Origin: an uncultured beta proteobacterium
GTDB taxonomy: Bacteria > Pseudomonadota > Gammaproteobacteria > Burkholderiales > Thiobacillaceae
DNA: 64,000 nucleotides
Direction: 5' to 3'
Assembly: GCA_942493085.1 (NCBI GenBank)
Contig: OW818664.1
Coordinates: 1,027,709-1,091,708, forward strand
Part shown: positions 18,071-26,851 of the stretch, piece after piece
How positions within the stretch are numbered: position 1 is the stretch's first letter
Layout: each line of letters begins with the position of its first letter
Notes under the pieces: generated by a model
What the model was told of the DNA's origin: nothing
The model's database searches: none
The model's input: the letters and a program-made list of their open reading frames with translations, nothing else
Made by a program: the position numbers and the translations under genes

Positions 18071-18996
18071 ATCCGCGCTTCTCGGTCATCATCCCTGCGT
18101 TCAATGCAGCCGCCACATTGGCACGTGCAATCGAGTCAGTGCGAACACAAAGCTGGCCTGCGCACGAAATCATCGTGGTGGACGATGGATCGACTGATTA
18201 CTCTGCTGAGGTCGCACGCCAATTCGGCGACACCGTGCGGCTGATCCAGCAGTCCAATAGTGGTGTTTCGGTAGCGCGCAACACAGGCGCAGCGGCAGCC
18301 ACGGGAGACTGGCTGGCATTTCTCGATGCGGATGACTGGTATGAAGTTGATCGCATCAAACTTCATGCCGAATGGATCATCATCGACCCATCGCTGGATT
18401 TCCTGACTGGCGACTACGAGTATCGCGATGCAGAGGGTGGCCTGTTGGGTACTTCGATGGCACAGCACGAGTCGGGCCGTCTTCTACTGGGCAAAGCAGC
18501 AGGCGCGGTGCGGGTGGTGATGGAAAAGTCCGCAGAGATTAGCGCTTTCGTGGCCGATCATTTTGGCGACACCCATACGCTTTCTGTTCCACGAGCACGC
18601 TTTATCGAACTAAGCGGCTACCCCACCGGGTTCAAGGTCTGCGAAGACGTACACTTTCTGACCCGGCTGGTAGCAAAGAGTCGTCGCATTGGCGTGATCT
18701 GTCAGAGTCTTGGCGTGTATGTGATACATGATGGCAGCGCCACGCGCCGGCATCCGATTGCTGCCCAGCGGGAAAACGTGCGCACGCTGAGCGACCTGGC
18801 GCATTTGGCGGAAAACTTCCCGTTCCCCGTCAGACAAGGCGTGGCGGCGCGGATGCAAAGCGCCCGTTACAATCTCGGCTGCGCGTTGAGCAAAAGCGGC
18901 CAACGCGTCGCCGCCATCAACGCCGTGTTGCCCTCACTTGCTGCGCGCCCCGGCTGGCAAAGTCTGCGCAACGTGCTGTCGATGCTTAAAGGATGA
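18067..18996 (+). CDS. Glycosyltransferase family 2
   Basis: FSVIIPAFNAAATLARAIESVRTQSWPAHEIIVVDDGSTD and FLDADDW (DxD). Confidence 0.85.
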   Translation: MNPRFSVIIPAFNAAATLARAIESVRTQSWPAHEIIVVDDGSTDYSAEVARQFGDTVRLIQQSNSGVSVARNTGAAAATGDWLAFLDADDWYEVDRIKLHAEWIIIDPSLDFLTGDYEYRDAEGGLLGTSMAQHESGRLLLGKAAGAVRVVMEKSAEISAFVADHFGDTHTLSVPRARFIELSGYPTGFKVCEDVHFLTRLVAKSRRIGVICQSLGVYVIHDGSATRRHPIAAQRENVRTLSDLAHLAENFPFPVRQGVAARMQSARYNLGCALSKSGQRVAAINAVLPSLAARPGWQSLRNVLSMLKG

Positions 18997-19000
18997 GCAC

Positions 19001-20155
19001 GTGAATCGACTGCTGGTGCTGACAGAATTGTTCTTGCCCACCAAGGGTGGCACCGCCGTATGGGCGGCCGAGGTATACAAGCGCCTCGGCGGCAAGGAAA
19101 TCCACATCGTGACCGCGGATGTGCCGGGCGCGGAGGCAGTCGACGCGGCGCATCCGAACAGTATCCATCGGCTCGACCTCAAGCGTGTGCCATGGCTGCG
19201 CCCTGAATCGCTGGCGATGTATGCACGCTTCTTCTTCAAATCCCTGTGGCTGGCGATCACGCATCGCTTCGATGCGATCCATGCCTTCCGTGCCCTGCCC
19301 GAAGGGCTGGTGGCATGGGCCGTCGCCCGCCTGACCTTCCGCCCCGTGGTGATCTATGCTCACGGCGAGGAGCTCACCACCTGGGGGCATGGCGGCAAAT
19401 ACAAGGCGATGCGCTTTGCACTGCGCCACGCCGACCGCGTGATCGCAAACAGCGAACACACGCGTGACACGCTGTCGGAGATGGGCATCGACGCGGCGCG
19501 AATCACCATCATCTACCCGGGCGTCGATGTGTCTGTCTTCCGCCCTGGCCTCGACACCACGGGTCTGCGCGAAAGCCTCGGCATCCGCCCCGATGAAAAA
19601 CTGGTTTTTTCGGTCGGCCGCCTGTCGCGCCGCAAGGGCTTCGACCAGATGATCCGTGCCGTGGCGCAGCTAAGGGGTGAAGGCCTTCCTGTTCGGTACG
19701 TCATTGCCGGCATCGGTGAGGACGCTGACTATCTGGATGGCCTGATAAGGGAACATAATCTGCATGACGTGGCCTACCGTATTGGTGCGGTCAGCGAGGC
19801 TGACCTGCCACGCTGGATGAATGCCTGCGATATTTTCGCCATGCCCAACCGCGAAATTGATGGGGATAATGAAGGCTTCGGAATGGTGTTCATCGAGGCG
19901 GCCGCGTGCGGCAAGCCAAGCTTGGCGGGCGAAGCGGGTGGCACCGGTTCTGCCGTCCTGCATGAATTAACCGGGATACGTGTTGATGGCAAGTCTGGTG
20001 AAAAGGTTGTGTACGAGCTTCGTGAGTTACTGCTCAATCTAAACAAGACTAATGCGCTCGGGCAGGCAGGCTTGGATCGGGTTCAATCGAAATTTTCCTG
20101 GGAGCAGGTGGCGAGCGCCACTCAACAGACGATTTTGGTGGGGGATATGCAATGA
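19001..20155 (+). CDS. Glycosyltransferase family 1 (GT4)
   Basis: GTG 19001 (VNRLLVLTELFLPTKGGTAVW), about 8 nt after AAGGA. The tracked start 18938 overlaps the upstream gene. C-terminal EGFGMVFIEAAACGKPSLAGEAGGTGSAV. Confidence 0.85.
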   Translation: MNRLLVLTELFLPTKGGTAVWAAEVYKRLGGKEIHIVTADVPGAEAVDAAHPNSIHRLDLKRVPWLRPESLAMYARFFFKSLWLAITHRFDAIHAFRALPEGLVAWAVARLTFRPVVIYAHGEELTTWGHGGKYKAMRFALRHADRVIANSEHTRDTLSEMGIDAARITIIYPGVDVSVFRPGLDTTGLRESLGIRPDEKLVFSVGRLSRRKGFDQMIRAVAQLRGEGLPVRYVIAGIGEDADYLDGLIREHNLHDVAYRIGAVSEADLPRWMNACDIFAMPNREIDGDNEGFGMVFIEAAACGKPSLAGEAGGTGSAVLHELTGIRVDGKSGEKVVYELRELLLNLNKTNALGQAGLDRVQSKFSWEQVASATQQTILVGDMQ

Positions 20156-20937
20156 ATTACAGAAAACTGAGTTGGGGTTTGGCTGCCATTGTGGTGTGTG
20201 CGCATGCCGGTGCGGCTGAAAAAAGCTACCAGCCCACCGCAGCAGAGTTGCGGCGCCTGCCTGCATTCTGCCAAGTTAAACTTACCTTGCCGCGGAGTTC
20301 TCCAGAATGGAAGGCTTGGCATCAACAGATTGGCGAAAATTTTATCGATGTGCACCACTATTGCGTTGGCATTAATTTCGTCAACCGTTATTGGGGTGCA
20401 AGAAGCACCAAGGACCGTGGTTTCTATCTGCAAAACGCCCTGAACAATTTTGATTACATGGTTAAAGCGGAAAAACCGGGATTTCCCCTGGGGGCCGAAC
20501 TTTATTCATATCGAGGCGAAGTATTCAAGCTGATGCGCAGACCGGGAGAAGCGGTGAGGGATTTCAATCACGCGCTGTCCATCGATCCCCGGTTCGTCAA
20601 GTCCTATCTGCAGTTGGCGGATCTGAGCGTGGCGGGCAAGTCTTCCGCACGTGCACTGGAAATCGTTGCCGAGGGCCTGCGCCACGTACCCGATTCCACG
20701 GCTTTGCAGCGCCGCTATCTGGAACTGGGTGGAAAAGAACCTTTCCCTGAACCCATTGTTGCCAAAGCAGCCGAGCCGGAGCCGCAACCCGCTGCAACAG
20801 TACCCGCTGTCGAAACGCCGATCGAACCTGTACCTGCTGCTGTGTCCCCGCAACCCGACCCGACGGCGGCAACGGAACCGGCGCCGACGATAGGTACGCC
20901 CAGTAATCCTTATTGCCGCTTCTGCCCGCCCGAGTAA
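20152..20937 (+). CDS. Secreted TPR-repeat protein with a Pro-rich tail
   Basis: ATGA overlap at 20152-20155. Signal peptide LAAIVVCAHAGAA. TPR-like helices (YSYRGEVFKLMRRPGEAVRDFNHALSIDPRFVKSYLQLADL). Tail AEPEPQPAATVPAVETPIEPVPAAVSPQPDP...CRFCPPE. Confidence 0.7.
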   Translation: MNYRKLSWGLAAIVVCAHAGAAEKSYQPTAAELRRLPAFCQVKLTLPRSSPEWKAWHQQIGENFIDVHHYCVGINFVNRYWGARSTKDRGFYLQNALNNFDYMVKAEKPGFPLGAELYSYRGEVFKLMRRPGEAVRDFNHALSIDPRFVKSYLQLADLSVAGKSSARALEIVAEGLRHVPDSTALQRRYLELGGKEPFPEPIVAKAAEPEPQPAATVPAVETPIEPVPAAVSPQPDPTAATEPAPTIGTPSNPYCRFCPPE

Positions 20938-20949
20938 TGGCGGAGCGAT

Positions 20950-22047
20950 TCAGGGGCGGACGTAACTCAGCAGAAGTGTTTCGAATTCACGCACTGGGCG
21001 GGTCGTAAAGTCCTGTTCCACCCGGGCACGACCGGCCTCTCCTATGCGTTTGCGCAGCGCCGGGTCGGCAACCAGGGCAGCCACCCTCGCTGCCAGTGCA
21101 TCGACGTCTCCCGCTTCGACCAGATAGCCGTTCACACCGTCTTCGACCACTTCTGGAATGCCGCCTACCCGGGTTGCGACAACCGGTTTTCGGCAGGCGC
21201 CGGCCTCCAGGTTGATGAGCCCCAGCGGCTCTTGCCAGCGTGAGGGCACGACCACGATATCAGCAGTCTGGTAGACGTTTTCCACCGCCTTCACATAACC
21301 GATGTAGCGTATGCGGGTGTCGCCTTCCGCCAGGTTCTCCAGATCCAACTCGGAATACGAACCGGAAAATTTCTTCGGATCGCGGCACTCCCCCGCGATC
21401 AGGAAACGGGCACTGGGATCCGGAATTTTCCTTGCCATGGCGATGAAGTCGCCCACGCCCTTGATGTCGCGAATCTGTCCAAGGAAGGAAACGACCACGT
21501 CGGATTCGGCCAGCCCCAGTTCGTGGCGCAGGCTCTGTCCCGCGTCGAAACGGGCGAGATTGATGGGGTTGTAGATGACGGGCTTGGGGAGATCCGGCGG
21601 TCCCGACTGCTCGGCCGTATAGTGCGATACCGCAATCGCTGCGCGGCACCAGCGCATTGCCGGCGAGGGTTTATGGTTGATGACATGGTAGTGCGCAAGA
21701 ATGGGAATCCCCGCGAGCCTTGCGGCGAGCAGTTCCGCCGGTCGCCAGAAGTTCGAGCCGTTGGCATGGATGACCTCGACGCGCTCCCGGCGAAAAAAGC
21801 GCCATGCCTTCCACAGGGACCGAAGATAGGCGGCAGGTGAACCGGGTTCGGTAAAGGACGACCAGATTTCGTAGCGTAATTTGTGCGCGTCCAGCTCGGG
21901 CTCGATGGGCCCTTGGCGGGGCAGGATCAGGATGGGGTCGATTTTGCTCGTGTCGAGCTGCCATAGATTGGTGTAGAGAACGCGGCTGGCGCCGCCCCAG
22001 TCCCCTGCGCTGTTGGTGAAGAAGCAGACTACGGGTTTCGTGTTCAT
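20950..22047 (-). CDS. Glycosyltransferase family 1 (GT4)
   Basis: Real start ATG 22047 (MNTKPVVCFFTNSAGDWGGASRV). The 313-codon 5' extension of the tracked ORF overlaps the methyltransferase gene in another frame. C-terminal EPLGLINLEAGACRKPVVATRVGGIPEVV. Confidence 0.85.
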   Translation of the reverse strand: MNTKPVVCFFTNSAGDWGGASRVLYTNLWQLDTSKIDPILILPRQGPIEPELDAHKLRYEIWSSFTEPGSPAAYLRSLWKAWRFFRRERVEVIHANGSNFWRPAELLAARLAGIPILAHYHVINHKPSPAMRWCRAAIAVSHYTAEQSGPPDLPKPVIYNPINLARFDAGQSLRHELGLAESDVVVSFLGQIRDIKGVGDFIAMARKIPDPSARFLIAGECRDPKKFSGSYSELDLENLAEGDTRIRYIGYVKAVENVYQTADIVVVPSRWQEPLGLINLEAGACRKPVVATRVGGIPEVVEDGVNGYLVEAGDVDALAARVAALVADPALRKRIGEAGRARVEQDFTTRPVREFETLLLSYVRP

Positions 22048-22078
22048 TGACTCAGGTTCGGGGTGTGGGCGTGGCGAT

Positions 22079-22789
22079 TCATTGTTTGATGACGTGATAT
22101 TTCCAGGTGCATTGGGGGTGGGGCTGCACGCGTTCAGGTTTGTCGCTGAAAAACGTGTCGATTGCCTTGGTGGCGCCTGGCCAGCGTGTGTCGCCATACT
22201 CGTCGAACATGATGGCCCCGCCGGGCTGGACCTTGTCGTAGAGCGTCTCCAGGGAAAGCTTGTAGGATTCGTAGAGATCGCAATCGAGATGCAGCAGGGC
22301 GATGCGGCCTTCGTACGTGGGGAGGGTCTGGTCGAACCAGCCTTTGACAAGACGGATGCGCTCGCGGATGACCTCTTCGCCCACTCGTCCGTCGCGCAGA
22401 ACCTTGAGAACGGTGTCCGGCGGATTGGCCCAGAACCCTTTGCCCTTGATGGGCGTGATTTCGTCCTTGTCGACCGGCTCCGGGAATCCCTCGAAGGAGT
22501 CGAAGCCAAAGTAGATTCGCGGTCTTCCGACATAGTCGCTGAACAGGGTGAACAGCAGCGCGCCATGACCGAGCGAGACGCCGCATTCAACAATGTCGCC
22601 GTCAACGTCCTGCACCTTTTCCACCATGTCCTTGAAATAAAGATAGCGATCCAGCGCGCCGCGATAGACCCGTGGAAGAAACGGCGAATGGTTGTAGTCG
22701 GCCGGGATGCTTTCCTCCAGGGGGTCGATTTTCTCGATTTTGTAGCCCAGCCGGCGCAAGGATCGTTTGACGATGGATTTGAATGGCAT
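22079..22789 (-). CDS. TylF/MycF-family SAM-dependent O-methyltransferase
   Basis: GDIVECGVSLGHGALLF (SAM motif I) and LLHLDCDLYESYKLSLETLYDKVQPGGAIMFDEY, typical of macrocin-O-methyltransferase-like enzymes. Confidence 0.85.
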   Translation of the reverse strand: MPFKSIVKRSLRRLGYKIEKIDPLEESIPADYNHSPFLPRVYRGALDRYLYFKDMVEKVQDVDGDIVECGVSLGHGALLFTLFSDYVGRPRIYFGFDSFEGFPEPVDKDEITPIKGKGFWANPPDTVLKVLRDGRVGEEVIRERIRLVKGWFDQTLPTYEGRIALLHLDCDLYESYKLSLETLYDKVQPGGAIMFDEYGDTRWPGATKAIDTFFSDKPERVQPHPQCTWKYHVIKQ

Positions 22790-22802
22790 TCGACTTCTCC
22801 CG

Positions 22803-25800
22803 CTAGGCTCGCTGTTTGGCCGGCGTGTCCGGAATGCGACCGATCCATCCGTTCAACCGCTGCCACAGCATGGCAGTTATGTCCGGATGCAGGTCGACCA
22901 GATTGTTCTTGCACATGGGATCGGCGGCGACATCGAACAGCTGGAGCAATTCGCCGCTGCTCAGAGGCTGATAGGTCAGTTTCCAACGCCCATGGCGGAT
23001 CATGCGGTCCTTGGCAGCAAGGATCGCGTTGCTGTATTCCTGCTTGATCGTCAGGGTGCCGCTGACGCGGTTGGGCACTTCCATCAATTCCAGTAGGCCC
23101 GGATAGCGCAGGTGTGCGTCGGGCATGCCGGGAATGTCGGCAATCCAGATACCAGTTTCGTTGAACGCGTCGAGCTCGGGGCAGCGGGCTGTCTGTTTCA
23201 GGCAGCCTACGAGTGACACCCCGTCCATGCCGGCGGCAGACGGCGCGCCGATGAGCTCAAGCAGTGTGGGTGCGAGGTCGATCGAACGCACGACCGTGTC
23301 CACCAGACCGCACGGCGCCAGGCGCGGATCATGTATCACGAGCGGGATGCGGGGGCTCGCTTCGCCCACCGCCGAATTGCCCTGGCCCCAGGTGTCGTGT
23401 TCGAAAAACTCCATGCCGTGGTCGGAGTAGACGACGACGATCGTGTTTTCCGCCAGACCGCAGGTATCGAGATGCGCCAGCATCCTCCCCACTTCGTCGT
23501 CGAACTCGGCGACGCAGCCGTCGTACAGGTCGATGATCTGGTCGAGGTCGAATTCCTCCCTGGGCGCGCCCTGGCGGCGAATGATCTCGAAGGGGTCGGT
23601 CAGGCGCGCCATCGCAAACTTGGATTCGCCGGCATAGGCCGGGTCGGCGAAACGCGTGTACCACGGCCATTCCGAGGCGAAAGGCGGATGGGTGGTGGAA
23701 TAGAATACGTTGAGAAAAAACGGCTGCGCGCTTTCTGCCAGGCGCGACACCAGCCGCCGCGCGCGCTTGCCAAGTGGCTGCGTCAGCGGCACCCCGCCGA
23801 GGTAATACAGTTCGGGCAGCAGCATCCGCCCCAGCCGGTTGTGGGTGAACAGCGAGATGAACAGGCGCAAATCCTTGGGACCCTGGCGGATCAGGTATTT
23901 CAGGTTCCACTGGTCTTCCGGCAGGTCGGTGTAGTCGAAGCCGAATGAAAACTTGCCCATGTCGGCACCGCACCAGTCCGAAAGCGCCGCCGTGCGATAT
24001 CCCGACTGTTTCAGCAGCGTGGGTAGGGCATCCGCTTTCAGCTGCGTGTTTTCGTCGTCCACATAATTGTCGCGGACGCCGTGGGTGTGCGGCCAGGTGC
24101 CGGTCAGCATGGAAATCAGGCTCGGCGCGGTGCGCGCGCACGGAACATAACAATTGCTGAACAGCGCGCCGGCATCGGCCAACCGGTCAATGTGGGGCGT
24201 CAGCACGCGGTGGTAACCGAGTGCGCCGAGGCGGTCAGCGCGCAAGGTATCGGAGCCAACCATCAGTATGTTGGGGGGCGCACCGGCCGAGCGGGCAGGC
24301 CGCTTGCGTGGGGCACGCGCTTGCGGCTGCCATCCCGCCCAGGTGACTGTTCCGGCAAGGAACAGTGTGGCCGCCCACAGTGCAATCAGATCACCGACAC
24401 GGTTTTCGGTTGCCAATTGCCAGGATGACGCCGCCAGCAACAGCCCGATCATTCCCATTCCGAGCAGCTGCAGTTGCGATATGCGCGTCGGCGTCATCCA
24501 GTGCCACAGCCGGTACAGCCGACTCAGGCGGTAATGCATCGAGGCGACCAGCAGGCCGGGGTTGAACCGCAGCTTGCGGATAAATTGCAGTGCGAATGCA
24601 CCCAGCACGCCCAGAATGGCGGCAATGAAGGCGAGACCTCTCGACCAGGGGACACCGAGCAGCGTGTTGAGCATGAAATACAGCAGCACGCCTGCGCCAC
24701 CGGTAAACAACATCAACATGAACGTCCAGGCGGTAAGCCGTGCCAGCGCAAACAGGGTGTAACGCTGGTAATGGGTTAGCACTTCTTCGCGTATGCGCGG
24801 CCCGGTCTGCGAAAAATCAAGCAAGGATTTGGCGAGCAGTGCGGCTGCGCCGATCCCCGCCACGCCAAGCGCAGGAAGCAGGCCGGCCCAGCGTGTCTCG
24901 CCGCTGGCGAACCACGCGAGCAATCCGCTGGTAGCGGTGAGTAGCGCCAGCCCCTCCACCTGCAGCATGCCGCGGTCGGGCGGCAATGCCAGATGCTTGC
25001 CGCGATGTCCCGATTCGCTGCGTCCCTGTATCTCGCCCAGTGCCGCTGCCGTGCGCACCCAGTAAAAACGCCGCTTGGCCCATGAGAGGGCGAACAGGCT
25101 GTGGAAGCCATATTCAGCCAGTTTTCGCCACATGAACAGCGGCACACGGCCGTTGCCGAGGATGCGCGAGGTGGAGCGGGTGCGTTGATAGCCCTTTTTC
25201 AGCAGATAGCCGAGCTTGAGCCGTTCCACGTCGACGTAATGATGCTGCACCATGTCCGGGGCGTACTGGCAGCGCACGCCACGCATCATCGCGCGCAGTA
25301 CGTATTCACTGTCCTCGCCGCCGCCGAGGTCGTGTCCGTGCGGACCCAGTTCGGTGGAAAATTTGCCGGCCAGTTCGAACACAGAACGCCGCACCACCAG
25401 ATTGCCGCCGCCGGGGATGGGACCCTCTTCGGGAGTGATTGTCTTCGGCTGGCTGTCCTGGTCGTAACGCGGCACTGGCAGCGGATAAATCCGGTAGGTG
25501 CCCTCGTCATGCACCCATGCCGGCTCGCTGCCGTCCCAGTCGGGCAGGATACGGCCGCAATACAGTCCCGCATCCGGCCAGGTCTTCGCTGCCTGCTCGA
25601 TGGCGACCAGGTAGTTTTCGTCAACCCGATGGTCGTCATCGACAAAGGCGGTGAGTTCGGTGTCGATCTCGGGAATGGCGCGATTCAGCGCGTGCGACTT
25701 GCCGGGAGTGGGTACTTCGATCAACCGCAGCGGTAACCAGCCCAGTTCGGTCTGCCGAGCCTGATACGCCTGCATGCGGGCGACTGTCTCGTCGACGCAG

Positions 25801-25922
25801 GCGTTGGCCGCCACCAGAATCTGTACCGGCATGGCAGGCCGTTTTGCCGTGTTGAGCGAAGCCAGCACCCGCTCCAGCAGATCGGCCCGGTTGTGGGTGC
25901 AGATCAGGACAGTCAGTTGCAT
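22803..25922 (-). CDS. Fusion protein: GT2 glycosyltransferase + polytopic membrane region + sulfatase/alkaline-phosphatase-superfamily domain
   Basis: Start ATG 25922 (MQLTVLICTHNRADLLERVL), overlapping the upstream TGA by 1 nt. GT2 motifs FVDDDHRVDENYL and GGEDSEYVLR. At least 5 hydrophobic helices in the middle. C-terminal NILMVGSDTLRADRLG, VPCARTAPSLISMLTG, VVYSDHG. Confidence 0.8.
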   Translation of the reverse strand: MQLTVLICTHNRADLLERVLASLNTAKRPAMPVQILVAANACVDETVARMQAYQARQTELGWLPLRLIEVPTPGKSHALNRAIPEIDTELTAFVDDDHRVDENYLVAIEQAAKTWPDAGLYCGRILPDWDGSEPAWVHDEGTYRIYPLPVPRYDQDSQPKTITPEEGPIPGGGNLVVRRSVFELAGKFSTELGPHGHDLGGGEDSEYVLRAMMRGVRCQYAPDMVQHHYVDVERLKLGYLLKKGYQRTRSTSRILGNGRVPLFMWRKLAEYGFHSLFALSWAKRRFYWVRTAAALGEIQGRSESGHRGKHLALPPDRGMLQVEGLALLTATSGLLAWFASGETRWAGLLPALGVAGIGAAALLAKSLLDFSQTGPRIREEVLTHYQRYTLFALARLTAWTFMLMLFTGGAGVLLYFMLNTLLGVPWSRGLAFIAAILGVLGAFALQFIRKLRFNPGLLVASMHYRLSRLYRLWHWMTPTRISQLQLLGMGMIGLLLAASSWQLATENRVGDLIALWAATLFLAGTVTWAGWQPQARAPRKRPARSAGAPPNILMVGSDTLRADRLGALGYHRVLTPHIDRLADAGALFSNCYVPCARTAPSLISMLTGTWPHTHGVRDNYVDDENTQLKADALPTLLKQSGYRTAALSDWCGADMGKFSFGFDYTDLPEDQWNLKYLIRQGPKDLRLFISLFTHNRLGRMLLPELYYLGGVPLTQPLGKRARRLVSRLAESAQPFFLNVFYSTTHPPFASEWPWYTRFADPAYAGESKFAMARLTDPFEIIRRQGAPREEFDLDQIIDLYDGCVAEFDDEVGRMLAHLDTCGLAENTIVVVYSDHGMEFFEHDTWGQGNSAVGEASPRIPLVIHDPRLAPCGLVDTVVRSIDLAPTLLELIGAPSAAGMDGVSLVGCLKQTARCPELDAFNETGIWIADIPGMPDAHLRYPGLLELMEVPNRVSGTLTIKQEYSNAILAAKDRMIRHGRWKLTYQPLSSGELLQLFDVAADPMCKNNLVDLHPDITAMLWQRLNGWIGRIPDTPAKQRA

Positions 25923-26842
25923 CACGATCGCGAGCGGTAGCCCATCAGGGCGCCCAGGGTGTGAGAGGCATTCATGCCTTGCCGCAGCGCGCCCGGACGC
26001 TGGGCGAACTGCATGCTGATTGCCTTGATGGCCTGCCGCAGAAACTGGGCGACCAGAAAGGGTGGCAGGCCCAGCACGGTTTTTGGATAGATTGGCAACT
26101 GGTGCTGCCCGTGGCGCAGGCCCGCCCGGTAGTGCAGCTTGAGAAAATAGCTGCGCGTCAATCGCCAGGGTTCGACGGCATGCAGCACGGCCATGCCGGG
26201 GCAATAGCGGATTCGAACCTTGCGCTCGAGTAGGGTGCGAAACATGATGGCATCGGAGCCGCCGCCGACGACATTGCCCTTGCGATCATAGCGTTTGTCG
26301 AACCGCAGGCCCGGATCGTCGCGGAACAGGCGCATGTCGTAGGCGACGTTGGCTGTCCAGATGGGCGTGGCAGCATCCTCGATCCAGAAGGCATCGGGGC
26401 CGTGGTCGACCGCTGCCAGGAAGCCCAGCAGTTCATTGCCCAGCCATGCCGGACGGGGGTAATGGGAGAAGTCCATCTCGACCCTGCCGCCGGCACATTG
26501 CGCGCCTTCGTCCAGCATGGCGTGGGCGGCTGCTTCCAGGATGCCTGGCAGGGGCGTCTCGTCGTCGTCGATAAAAACCATGATGTCGCTATCGATGGAT
26601 TCCTCGATCGCGCGGTTGCGAGCGGCGACAATACCCTGAACCGGCTCGGTCACCCAGCGTAAAACGGGGCCCGGAAGCTGCGTCAGGCGGTTCAGGACTT
26701 CGACCGTGTTATCGCTGCTGTTGTTGTTGACGGCAAGAATCTCGAACGGAACCGGGCAGGTTTGCGCGCGCATGGCGGCTACCAGTTTTTCCAGCCGGTC
26801 GGCGCGGTTGTAAGTGCAAAAAGCGAAAACAAGTCGGGGCAT
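25922..26842 (-). CDS. Glycosyltransferase family 2
   Basis: LVFAFCTYNRADRLEKLVAAMRAQ, ILAVNNNSSDNT, FIDDDETP. Confidence 0.85.
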   Translation of the reverse strand: MPRLVFAFCTYNRADRLEKLVAAMRAQTCPVPFEILAVNNNSSDNTVEVLNRLTQLPGPVLRWVTEPVQGIVAARNRAIEESIDSDIMVFIDDDETPLPGILEAAAHAMLDEGAQCAGGRVEMDFSHYPRPAWLGNELLGFLAAVDHGPDAFWIEDAATPIWTANVAYDMRLFRDDPGLRFDKRYDRKGNVVGGGSDAIMFRTLLERKVRIRYCPGMAVLHAVEPWRLTRSYFLKLHYRAGLRHGQHQLPIYPKTVLGLPPFLVAQFLRQAIKAISMQFAQRPGALRQGMNASHTLGALMGYRSRS

Positions 26843-26851
26843 GGTGATCGG

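Noticed and set aside
22048-22986. The 313-codon N-terminal extension of tracked ORF 20950..22986.
   Set aside because: The extension overlaps the well-supported TylF-like methyltransferase (22079..22789) in another frame and is Ser/Arg/Pro-rich. GT4 homology begins at MNTKPVV (ATG 22047).
25923-26204. The 94-codon extension of the fusion-protein ORF. Analogous 5' extensions are 8971..9303, 48198..48419, 46871..47077, 49957..50091 and 51104..51277.
   Set aside because: The extensions overlap the upstream genes and are compositionally non-protein-like. Internal starts give canonical N-termini and ATGA, TGATG or short-gap junctions.
26205-26220. A GGTTCGAATCCGC string (minus strand) resembling a tRNA T-arm.
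   Set aside because: The flanking sequence cannot form T-stem or acceptor-stem pairing, and the string lies in frame inside a GT2 coding region (KVRIRYCPG).
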